NCBI RefSeq assembly: GCF_006345805.1
Contig: NW_021836553.1
Span: 1-24,124 of the forward strand
Length of the DNA stretch: 24,124 nucleotides
Direction: 5' to 3'
Source: Octopus sinensis
Lineage: Eukaryota
The position numbers and the translations under genes were made by a program. Under the pieces are notes generated by a model. It saw only the letters and a program-made list of their open reading frames with translations, did no database searches and was not told the origin of the DNA. Shown here piece after piece: positions 11,839 to 22,124 of this stretch (positions are counted from its first letter, which is position 1; each line of letters opens with the position of its first letter).

Positions 11839-12864
11839 TTCGCGTTCGCATACATACATACACACACAGAGAGAAATTCTTCTATTCTCATCAAAATCCC
11901 AGTGGCAGCATATTCAATATGTTTATTGTCTGCTAATCAGTAAATGTTCTGTCGGCATTCTTAAATAGTCTATAAAACAATGGGTCTCTAATTTTGGCAT
12001 AAGACCAACAAGTCTGAGGTGCGTTGGTTGGTTGACGCCAAATAGAGAAGGGCTTGGTTAGTTAGTTATTTTAATATCCTGAGGGAAAGAAAAAGGAAAG
12101 AGTATTCCGTTAGATTACAAATAACATAAATACCAGGATCAGATATTGCAAGATATTGGTCGGCGCCCTAACAATTGTGCCGATGATGATAGACAGATAG
12201 ACCGATAGAAAGACAGACAGAAGACAGACGTATATAATGTACTGTTCCGTGAGGGTAAACGCAAGAAAAAAGTTCTACATCTGTTGATATTGTGTATAAT
12301 AATATTATTTGATAGCCACAATGCACGTCTTTTTGTGCTACTTAGAGTTTCATATGTTGAGGAATGCCTCAAAAATTAGCATCAGGCAGAAACCACGTAT
12401 CATAACGAACTAAAAATTGAATGAGAGAAGAAACGTGAAAAGATTAGAAGGAAGTATACCGAAAAGGTGGAAGTTGAAAGAATAGAATGGAAGGCAAAAA
12501 ACGAAAAACGAAAAAGGAAAAATGTAGAAAGTAAACCACAAAAATGTAGAAAGTAAAATAAATTAAGATCTGAGGAGTATAAATACGTTACCTTTGTAGG
12601 TTTTACTTTTTCGTTTCCTCTTTTTTAACACTCCGCGTTTTCTATATGCTTCATTCTCAACTTCTCGTTCTTCTCTCATTCAAGATTTAGGTCGTTAAGT
12701 TATATGGTTTGTGCCTGATGAATACGTTTGAGGTATTTCTTAACATATTAGTACTATTAGTAGCACATAAAATATTTATTGTGTCTACCATATATGTATG
12801 TATGTATATATATATATATATTATATATATATATATATTTATTATATATATACATATACACAAA

Positions 12865-12922
<58 letters not shown>

Positions 12923-12926
<4 letters not shown>

Positions 12927-13184
12927 AAATAATATGTTACATTAATCAATAGTCAAGATAAAACTCTGAGTTTCAGATGCCGAAGTGGAAATCCACAACA
13001 CCATCTCTTCGGTTATCTGGCTAGATAACCGAAGAGATTGTGTTGTGGATTTCCACTTCGGCATCTGAAACTCAGAGTTTTATCTTGACTATTGAATAAT
13101 GTAACAATTATTTTATAGATAAATTTCCTCTATTACATAATATTGAGGTCTCTTTCTTTTTTGTTATCTCACCGCTTTTACCAA
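12923..13184. mobile_element. Fold-back element 1: about 97-bp-arm palindrome (apex 13020/13021), right arm extending to about 13184, (TA)n on both sides
   Basis: Arms pair base by base with 3 substitutions and one indel and no spacer at the apex (TCTGG|CTAGA). Each arm carries a hammerhead-like motif. Confidence 0.9.
13023..13085 (+). ncRNA. Atypical minimal hammerhead-like motif (mirror copy at 12956-13018, minus strand)
   Basis: Stem I AGATAA/TTATCT; core CCGAAGA (U4C); stem II GAT...ATC with an inner GTGG-ATTT-CCAC hairpin; one extra T; then GAAAC-TCAGA-GTT. Confidence 0.55.
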
Positions 13185-13216
13185 TATATATATATATATA
13201 TATAATATATATATAG

Positions 13217-13255
<39 letters not shown>

Positions 13256-13669
13256 TTATATTAAAATAAATAAATAAATATATATATATATATATAGGTT
13301 ATAAAATGAGATAGGGGTTGAAAATTCAACCCACCAGGGATAATATATATCCAATATACTGCTAGATAGGTACCCAACAAAATTAATACATAGATGTTAA
13401 AAATTGTCAAACAATCAGTTCATCTATTGCATTATATGGGTAAAGGTAATAATAATACCGTAAATTAATACTACAAAATTAGAGAATGGAGAAATATACT
13501 TAAATCAGTAAAACATCAACTATCCGATGATACTCAATCCATACTTTAATACACCATTACATATGAGTAAAGGCAATACATAAAATGAAATGAGATATAC
13601 AGTAATAGTAAAAAGATAAAGAGATATAAGTAAAAAATTTTTCAAATATAATATGCAAATAAATCAAAA

Positions 13670-13775
13670 CTGACAGCTGTTTCGGCAGTGAGGACAGTCA
13701 TACCTCATTAACCTATAAGCATAAAGGCAGGTATAAATGAGGCATTAACAAGGATGCCCCACGGCCTCTTCAGAG
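13670..13775 (-). ncRNA. Type I hammerhead ribozyme, canonical core (left-arm copy)
   Basis: The plus strand shows CT-GAC-AGCT-GTTTC-GGC...GCC-TCTTCAG-AG, the reverse complement of the motif at 14791-14898. Confidence 0.85.
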
Positions 13776-14135
13776 AATTAAATTAAATTTGTTATAATAG
13801 TGAAAAATATTATACAATCATATACATATAAATATAAAAATATAAAAATGTAAAATATAAAAACTTATACATCATAATGCTACACTTATATATATAATAC
13901 ACATTTGTACAAAAAAGGAAGGAACAGAACAAAATAAAACAAAATATATATAGTGTATATATTAATATCAATAAATACCGATATTATACATATTGGCTAA
14001 TAGTTTTTTTATATATAAAAAAAAAAGGCTAACATATATGGAGATGAAAAATAATAATAAATCCGTGGTACAGTTCATAAGATTCTAAAGCTATAAAAGT
14101 TAATAAAGTAATAAAAATTACTATTAATAATAATA

Positions 14136-14197
<62 letters not shown>

Positions 14198-14790
14198 TAT
14201 AATAAAAAATAGATACAGTTAAGTTAGCACCAAGTCCATCCTTACAAGATCGAAATAACTATGAGTTAAATTTCTTACCTAGTGGTCAGCATTTCTAACT
14301 CATAGTTATTTCGATCTTGTAAGGATGGACTTGGTGCTAACTTAACTGTATCTATTTTTTATTATATTTTTTATTATTATTATTATTATATTATTATTAT
14401 TATATTATTATTAATATTATTATTATTATTATTAATAGTAATTTTTATAACTTTTATTAACTTTATAGCTTTAGAATCTTATGAACTGTACCACGGATTT
14501 AATTATTAATTTTTCATCTCCATATATGTTAGCCTTTTTTTTATATATATAAAAAAAACTATTAGCCAAATATGTATAATATCGGTATTTATTGATATTA
14601 ATATATACACTATTATATATTTTGTTTTTATTTGTTCTGTTTACCTTCCTTTTTGTACAAATGTGTATTATATTATATAAGTGTAGCATTATGATGTATA
14701 AGTTTTTATATTTTACATTTTTATATTTTTATATTTATATGTATATGATTGTATAATATTTTTCACTATTATAACAAATTTAATTTAATT

Positions 14791-14898
14791 CTCTGAAGAG
14801 GCCGTGGGGCATCCTTGTTAATGCCTCATTTATACCTGCCTTTATGGCTTATAGGTTAAATGAGGTATGACTGTCCTCACTGCCGAAACAGCTGTCAG
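14791..14898 (+). ncRNA. Type I hammerhead ribozyme, canonical core, elongated stem II (right-arm copy)
   Basis: CT-CTGAAGA(14793-14799)-GGC...GCC-GAAAC(14885-14889)-AGCT-GTC-AG; palindromic stem III ACAGCTGT; predicted cleavage after C14896. Confidence 0.85.
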
Positions 14899-15221
14899 TT
14901 TTGATTTATTTGCATATTATATTTGAAAAAATTTTTTTACTTATATCTCTTTATCTTTTTACTATTACTGTATATCTCATTTCATTTTATGTATTGCCTT
15001 TACTCATATGTAATGGTGTATTAAAGTATGGATTGAGTATCATCGGATAGTTGATGTTTTACTGATTTAAGTATATTTCTCCATTCTCTAATTTTGTTAT
15101 ATATATATATATATATATATATAGGGTCAATTTTCGAAAAAAAAAAGACGAAGACAAGTGGTGTACGTAACAAACAGATGTATTAGTATAACGCTCAGGA
15201 ATAGAGAAAGTCTTTTAGAGA

Positions 15222-15406
15222 AAGATATATTAATGGTGAATGGATTTGACAAGTGATAAATGGTCCCTTTAAGTGACATCTTTGAGAGATGTTGAATTGG
15301 TCCGAAACTTAGAATTACGGCGAAAAAGTTAAGATGATGTCTAACGTAACGCAACGTTGACATAGTGTAAAACATTTCCAGTGTTTTGTAATACAGTAAT
15401 TTCCTT
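15222..15406. repeat. Interspersed repeat D, inverted relative to 10523-10705
   Basis: Reverse-complement alignment to 10523-10705. Confidence 0.9.
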
Positions 15407-15614
15407 CTACAGAAAGGGACACAGAAAAAACATGGAGGGAAACAAGGAGAGAAAAGAAAATGTTTTCTTCTTTTCCCTATTTTCTCCTCCGTCTTTCGTT
15501 TCTATTGGTCTTTCCTCTGTTTCTGCAGAAAAGCTTTGCTGGAAACGTTAAACCATCTTTCTTTCGTTCCTTTCGTTGATGCTTTATTGTGTTTGTTCTT
15601 CGATTTATGGGATT

Positions 15615-15618
<4 letters not shown>

Positions 15619-15703
<85 letters not shown>

Positions 15704-15725
15704 AGAGAGAGAGAGAGAGAGAGAT
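15619..15725. repeat. (TA)n followed by (GA)n
   Basis: Direct reading of the sequence. Confidence 0.95.
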
Positions 15726-16386
15726 AAATAGATAGCTATATATATAGATATGTGAGTAGACACGTAGATAGACGGAAGTAGAAATCTCTGAATAAATTTC
15801 ACGCCGGCGCACACATATGTACATACATACATACACCCATACATACATACACATCCAAGCGCGCGCACATACACACACACACACACGCACACACACACAA
15901 ACACAAACATACACACAGAATCACACGCATGTGTATTGTTATAATATACAATCTGAGATCAGTGAACGAACATGCTTCGAGGGAAGTTAACTAGTGACAA
16001 ATATTTATCCATGATGGAAAATTCCAGACAAATCTATCAGGAAGAAACAATGCGAAATTCTACACTAAAAATGGTGCATTGTTTTCAGACTGTTGGCGCG
16101 TCTTTACCCTAAAGGAATCGTTTCTTTGTACAGCAGATATTTTGATTTTAGATTTTCTTTTTTCTTCTTTAAAATATTATATCTGTAATATTTGTGCATA
16201 TATGTGTAACCATGTCTTGATACGTTTCCGATTTCTTATTTTTTTTATTTTTTGGTTCCATGTAATGTAATTTTTTTTTTAATTTTTCTCTTCGAGAATT
16301 CTATTTAAATAATATTGTTATCGATTATCGTCAGAATATCCTTTTTTATTCTTTTGATATTAATATCTCTTTCTTTTGTTTATTTT

Positions 16387-16416
16387 GATGATGACGATGA
16401 TGATGATAACGATGAC

Positions 16417-16450
<34 letters not shown>

Positions 16451-16589
16451 ACGACGATGACGATGATGATGATGACGATGATGATGATGACGATGATGAT
16501 GATGATGATGATGATGAAGAGGGTAATGATAAACGACGAGGAAGATAGTGAAGACGACGACGACGATGATGATGATGATGATGATGATG
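16387..16589. repeat. (GAT/GAC)n trinucleotide tract
   Basis: Direct reading; it explains the poly-D, poly-H and poly-M ORFs. Confidence 0.95.
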
Positions 16590-17165
16590 CCAATTGATTT
16601 TGTTTTTCTTTTTGTTATCAAGGTGTAGATTTTGTTGGCATTTATTTATTTCTATTTGTGTTGTTTTTTTTCCCTTCTATAGCGTGTTTTTTCTTTTACC
16701 AATGTCGTTATTGAACTGCAGATCGGAACCATATCGATTAGATTACTCTATGTATGATCAAAGACCTTTCTGCTATGTTCAACATGTTTAAATATTTTTT
16801 TTCCAAATAATATCGCTTATTAATTCATCATATAGCGGACATGTCATTCGTTTATAAGACTGCATGTTACGATATGAATTATATTTGACTGCTATCTCTA
16901 GCAAGTCAAGGAAGTGAATTCATATCGATAATAATGTTTTTACTACATTTTTCTCTGTCTAGTTTTCCAAATAAATTGATGTTACTCTGTAGAATTATTT
17001 TGTTTAGGAAACAACGTCCCAGGTATTGCTTTTGTAGTTGTTTTCATAGATTTTGTGGTTGTTTACATATCCATTATTGGATATCGTTAGCAGTAAATTA
17101 TTTGTCCTAATGGCCTCTACCACATGACGTCTAACCGAACAACATCAACATTTAGTTAAGGTTTA

Positions 17166-17379
17166 AAGACGGCGAGCTGGTAGAAACGTTAGCACGCTGG
17201 ACGAAATACATAGTTTTATTCCATCTGTCTTTACGTTCTGAGTTGAAATTCCGCTGAGGCCGACTTGGCAGTTCATCCTTTCGGGGTTTATAAATTATGT
17301 ACCAGTTGCGTACTGGAGTCGATCTAATCGACTGGCCTCTACTAAAAAATTTCGGGCCTTGTGCCTAGAGGAGAAAACA
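17166..17379 (+). mobile_element. tRNA-derived SINE family B (tail type 2), full length
   Basis: Head GGCGAGCTGGTAGAAACGTTAGC (A box), B-box-like GAGTTGAAATTCC, central GTCGA/AAGTACCAG block, tail TTTCGGGCCTTGTGCCTAGAG. Confidence 0.9.
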
Positions 17380-17429
17380 ATATTTAGATAAGATTTAGTA
17401 TAATCGAAATATAATCGATATTATATTCC

Positions 17430-18515
17430 GGGTAAGGCGTGCAAAAAGTTTCGTAGTATTTCGTAAAGACATTCTCAGTTCCAAGTTCTGCTAAGGTCGT
17501 CTTTGCCTTTCAACATTTCTCGGTAGATAAAATAAGTACCATGTGCGCACTGGGGTAAATGTAATTGACATGAATATCTCCTCTGAAAATGCTGGCCTTG
17601 TGTTCATTGTTTGATCCAAGGCGGTGCGCAGACACAATCGAAAAGGCTTCGGACGAAATGCGTCAGGGCCTTTCAGATAAAGCTTTACAGTCTCAGTTGA
17701 AATTTAATCGATTTTCAATTTGTATTTCATCAATCAAATGCTATCAAGTTATGAAGTCGACGACATCGCGTAATCTGCATCCTCTAAAATCCCTTTTGGG
17801 GAGGTGAGCAGCTACAATCCTTACAGACAAAGCATAAAAAGCACCACGGTATTAATCCTTACCCTCTATAGTTTCTGAGTTAGAATTAGACTAATGTCAG
17901 CATTGGTTTTCATTCGTTCGATGTTGATAAAATAAAAAAAAGCAGTTATATACGGAGGTCGCGTCTATCGAGTTACCCTTCCCCTCAAAATGATGGTTTT
18001 ATGCCTGCATCAGAAACCCATGACAGAATTATGAGCACATTAGAAAATAGCTTATCTGCTTATCTTTCCTGCATTTTTTTGTCTTTAGTTCAAATCGGAC
18101 GAAGCGAAATTCGTGCTTGCTTCTTCCCTTTCGGGGATCGATAGAGCGAACGAGTTGTCTGTTATTCGGGTAATTCGTATGGATTATCGATTACCGATTA
18201 TCTCCTCCTGCTGGCCACGTGCCTGACTTATAAATCCCCATTATTAATTACCACTCCTGTTATTTATATTGTGTTGTTATTTTCGTTGCTGTTATCAACA
18301 TCATTATTATCACTCTACCCTTACTCCTCCTCCTACTCCTCCTGCTCATCATCCTCATCATTGTTATCTTAGTGGCTAGGCTATTCGTAAACTCGACCTT
18401 TCTTTTCATCCTTTAGGGGTCAATAACATAAGTACCCGCTGTGTACTGAGTGCGATGTAATTGACAAGCGCCTTCCCCTACAATTAACTAGCTTTGTGCC
18501 AAAATTTGAACCCAT
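17430..18515 (+). mobile_element. Cluster of four decayed family B SINE copies (about 17430-17615, 17860-18020, 18050-18200, 18385-18515)
   Basis: Each retains parts of the B box, CTTTCATCCTTTCGGGGTCGATAA and GGCCTTGTGCC motifs, all in the same orientation. Boundaries are approximate. Confidence 0.65.
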
Positions 18516-18665
18516 AATAATAATAATAATCATTATTATTATTATTATTGTTGTTGTTGTTGTTGTTGTTATTGTTATTATTATTATTATTGTTATTATT
18601 GTTGTTGTTGTTATCATTATTATTATTATTATTATTATTTATTATTATTGTTGTTGTTGTTGTTG

Positions 18666-18706
<41 letters not shown>
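18514..18706. repeat. (AAT)n/(ATT)n/(GTT)n tract at a SINE tail
   Basis: Direct reading of the sequence. Confidence 0.95.
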
Positions 18707-18707
<1 letters not shown>

Positions 18708-19168
18708 GAGTTTGGAATATGCTCGGAATGACTTTATCATACTGCACCACAAGGTTAATGAAATTTGTATCATTCACTTCCTGCAGGCTATTTAATAGAA
18801 TATTTGCATACACATTAATTTTGTGTGACTCTCTGCCAGTGTTGAAGATTATAATTTGTGATAATAGTAACATTATTAATATTGAAGTTATTGTTTCGCT
18901 GACTAAAAATTATTCCTTTATTAATTATTAGCACTTAATTAATTAATGTAATTAATCTTTGCTGCATTTGAAATTAGTGCACTAGCATCTAGTCGGACAA
19001 ATATGGAGACCATGTATAGATATTTGCATGCAATTACGGAAGAGGGCGAACAATGGAACCAATATTACAATTTCATATTCTTCGTGTTTGTTTTGACTCC
19101 GATGAAAGTTTGGTCAGCCAACGTATGAATACATGCTGTCACCAGCGGTCACATTTGATGTTCAGAAT

Positions 19169-19639
19169 CAGAGGTTCTCAACCATATTTTATCTGTGAAC
19201 CCGTTTGGTTACTATTTTACTCTAGCAAACCCCCACAGCCATTCAATGTTTAAAATCTAGTTTTATAGAAACTTGTTTCAAAATTACTATTTTGTTTTTC
19301 ACTCCTTAATTTGTGTATGTTGAACTATGTAAAATGTTAGAGAAAGAAACACAGCTGTTTCTTGCAATATATGCCAATACACACATCCATAGCAAAATTA
19401 TTTCACGGACCCTAAAATAATATTGCGGGTCTCCAGTATACTATTTTTTATTTGGAATCCCCAAAATCTTATATGGAACCTCAGGGAACTTATGGTCCAA
19501 GACATCTGAAGCAAAGTATTTTCATGGGCCGTAAAATACTATTTTCGATACCCAGTATAGCATTTTCTTATATGGACCCCCACTCTCAAATCTTATATGG
19601 ACCTTCAATGGCCAGATGTATCCCGGTTGATAACTACTA
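19169..19639. mobile_element. Non-autonomous hAT-like (Charlie-type) MITE, decayed
   Basis: Left TIR CAGAGGTTCTCAACC and right end GGTTGATAACTACTA (11/15 match). Subterminal CTTATATGGA(A/C)C repeats at about 19469, 19567 and 19593. Flanks GTTCAGAAT and GTTTAGAT resemble a decayed 8-bp TSD. Confidence 0.7.
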
Positions 19640-20080
19640 GTTTAGATTAAATGCTCGTCCGTCTGTGCGGCGAGGATTATCTAGTCATGCTTGCATATGG
19701 CTGATGCCTTACGCAGAGACTTTGTTTAAAGCGAAGAACAGCGCACCGTCAAACTGAATCTCTCGTCGTCTGTAACCGTCTTCAATCCAGTAGAAACACC
19801 ATGTAAAGACGGCTCAGGTGGGAGACGGTTGCGGCGGATAACTAACATGTCTTACTTGCCGAATTTTGCTCTCTCTGCTCCACAACGCGTTGCTGCCGTC
19901 GTATTCCGGTATGTATAACGATGTATTTTTTTCCCGCAGAGTTCACCGAATCCAGCCTCTACATCTCTCCATAGGAAAATACTAGTATAATAATTAACCG
20001 TTAGCCGGTTTCTGACCGGTGATATTACATAAGGCGCGAGTAGACCTGGGAACTATTGTTCAAAATATGTGACTTTAAAT

Positions 20081-20288
20081 GTGGCAAGCTGGCAGAAAAT
20101 TTAGAACACCGGTTGAAATGCTTAGCGGTATTTCGTCTGTCTTTACGCTCTGAGTTCAAATTCCGCAGAAGTCGACTTTGCCTTTCGTCCTTTCGAGGTC
20201 GATAAATTAAGTACCAGATGCGTACTGGGCTCGATCTAAACCACTGGCCCCCTCCCCAAAACTTTCGGGCCTTGTGCCTAAAGTAGAA
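20081..20288 (+). mobile_element. SINE family B (tail type 2), full length
   Basis: Aligns end to end with 17166-17379; B box GAGTTCAAATTCC. Confidence 0.9.
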
Positions 20289-20726
20289 CTCTTCCACACT
20301 CAGCAGCTCCCAGATTAGGGCCTCATTATCGGTTGTAGGTTAAAGTTATGCACAGAAATATGTAGAGCTATGTAGACTTTGAATAAAGTACACTGTTGTC
20401 CAAAAGTCACGTGAAAGTAGATCAAAATCCATTTAATTCCAACACTAATACAAAAAATTATTTTATATGAGTCTTCGCTAAAAAATAGACAAAATGGTGA
20501 TTTTAACTCACAATATTCAGTTAAATTGAATATTAAGTATTTATGGAACTTTGATTTACTGTCTGCTGACTTTTGGCCAACGCTGTATATTTAAATTACA
20601 ATAGATAATGTGTCACACTTTTGTTATGAAGATAAAATAGCTATCCCCTGGGTACAGAGATTTTCTAGCGTGAACATTATCGATGGGTCATGTGCATTTT
20701 AGTGGCAAGCGTGATGAATGAGGTTG

Positions 20727-20886
20727 TAATTTAGCGCTGACATAAAAAAAAATAATAAGACCGATAAAATAAATGTGAGACGCGAGACCAATAAACACTG
20801 CGTAGGCTTTTGTATTGAACGAGAATATTTCAAGCTGGTGCCCCAACATGGCCGCGGTCCAATAAATGAAACAAGTAAAAGAGTAA
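20727..20886 (+). mobile_element. Decayed 3' part of a family A-related SINE
   Basis: GACCGATAAAATAA...CCAACATGGCCGCGGTC...TGAAACAAGTAAAAGAGTAAAA matches the tail of 4501-4905. Confidence 0.75.
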
Positions 20887-20999
20887 AACCCGTATATATA
20901 TATATGTGTGTGTGTGTGCGCCGTGTGTGTGTGCGCCGTGTGTGTGTACGCACGTGCACGCGGATGTAGAAGGCTGAGCCTTCGCAGAAGTAAAAGTTT

Positions 21000-21037
<38 letters not shown>

Positions 21038-21136
21038 ACAACGGAAAATGTCCCAGTTATTTGAAGACTATGGAAATATTAGAAAAACATTTCATTTAAT
21101 TTTTCTACAATTTAATTGTTTTTCATGCTTTACTCT

Positions 21137-21171
21137 CAGTTGAAAAAGGCTCAGAGACTGAAACCGGTACT
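21137..21171 (+). ncRNA. Decayed minimal hammerhead remnant
   Basis: CAG-TTGAAAA (two changes from CTGAAGA)-AGGCTC-A-GAGACT-GAAAC-CG-GTA-CT; palindromic stem III ACCGGT; probably inactive. Confidence 0.45.
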
Positions 21172-21225
21172 AAATGGTCTTCATGGTAAAAGTATTTTAG
21201 TATTTTCTACTTTTTTTTTTTCTTT

Positions 21226-21226
<1 letters not shown>

Positions 21227-21272
<46 letters not shown>

Positions 21273-21273
21273 A

Positions 21274-21329
<56 letters not shown>

Positions 21330-21560
21330 TATATATATACGTATGTATATATATATATCATATATGTATATATGACGTGTATATATATATGTATGTACGT
21401 ATATATGTTGTATATATATAGATGTGTGCATGTATGTGTGTTTTTATGTATACATATGTGTGTGTCTGTGTATGTGTGTGTGTATATATATACAGAGAGA
21501 GAGAGAGAGTAAGAGAAAGTGAGAGAAAGAGACAGAGTGAAGGAGAGAGAAGGAGAGAAA
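21227..21560. repeat. Compound (TA)n/(TG)n/(GA)n block
   Basis: Direct reading of the sequence. Confidence 0.93.
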
Positions 21561-21994
21561 GGATGTGAGTGAGAGCGAGAGCGGTCATAAATGCATGGCA
21601 TTGCATAAAAGTGTTTGGGTTTGGTATTCTATCTTTCAAGTGGTGTACTTCATTAAATGGCATTATCGAACTGTCTGCAATGGGACAAACGTCTGCAGAG
21701 CAAAAAAAAACAAAAAAAAAGAAAGAAAGAAAGAAAGAAAAATGAAATCATAAACATTTCCATGGTTTCCAGGTTTCTGCATGGTCCATTAGACAACAAT
21801 AAAATATTTACAAAGACTGCAGAGAGAATTAGGGAAGAATATTTTATGCAACAAGACCCGCCAAACAAAAAGAAAATTAAACGTATTCAGCTCTATGAAA
21901 ACCAATAAAAATATATATAAACACCGCTAGCTATGATGTTGTTGTTGTTATTATTATTTCTGCTTCTACAATAGCTAATAGTATTGTTATTATT

Positions 21995-22122
21995 AAGGCG
22001 GCGAGCTGGCAGAATCGTTAGCGCACAGGGCGTAATGCTCAGCGGTATTTCGTCCGCCGATGTCGATTTTGTCTTTCTCCCTTTCAGACTCCATATAATA
22101 AGTACCAGTCGCGTAAGGGAGT
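21995..22122 (+). mobile_element. SINE family B with internal deletion of the B-box region
   Basis: Head AAGGCGGCGAGCTGGCAGAATCGTTAGC is joined directly to GTCGATTTTGTCTTTC...AAGTACCAG. Confidence 0.8.
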
Positions 22123-22124
22123 CC

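Larger units (their letters stand above)
13297..15097. mobile_element. Fold-back element 2: inverted arms 13473-14268 and 14296-15097; left copy extends to about 13297; putative non-coding Penelope-like pLTR or retrozyme-like element
   Basis: About 800-bp arms match in reverse complement, differing mostly by 1-nt indels in low-complexity runs. Both ends abut (TA)n and each arm holds a hammerhead. The palindrome is seen directly; the family assignment is inference. Confidence 0.85.

Noticed and set aside
12518-12557. AAAAATGTAGAAAGTAAA direct repeat, two copies
   Set aside because: A simple local slippage duplication; not an array or CRISPR.
12715-12750. CTGATGA-ATAC...GTAT hairpin
   Set aside because: A stem II-like pairing is present but is followed by TTCTT rather than GAAA.
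14284-14360. Possible Penelope GIY-YIG C-terminal remnant near the apex
   Set aside because: All frames stop quickly and no recognisable motif is present, so no coding claim is made.
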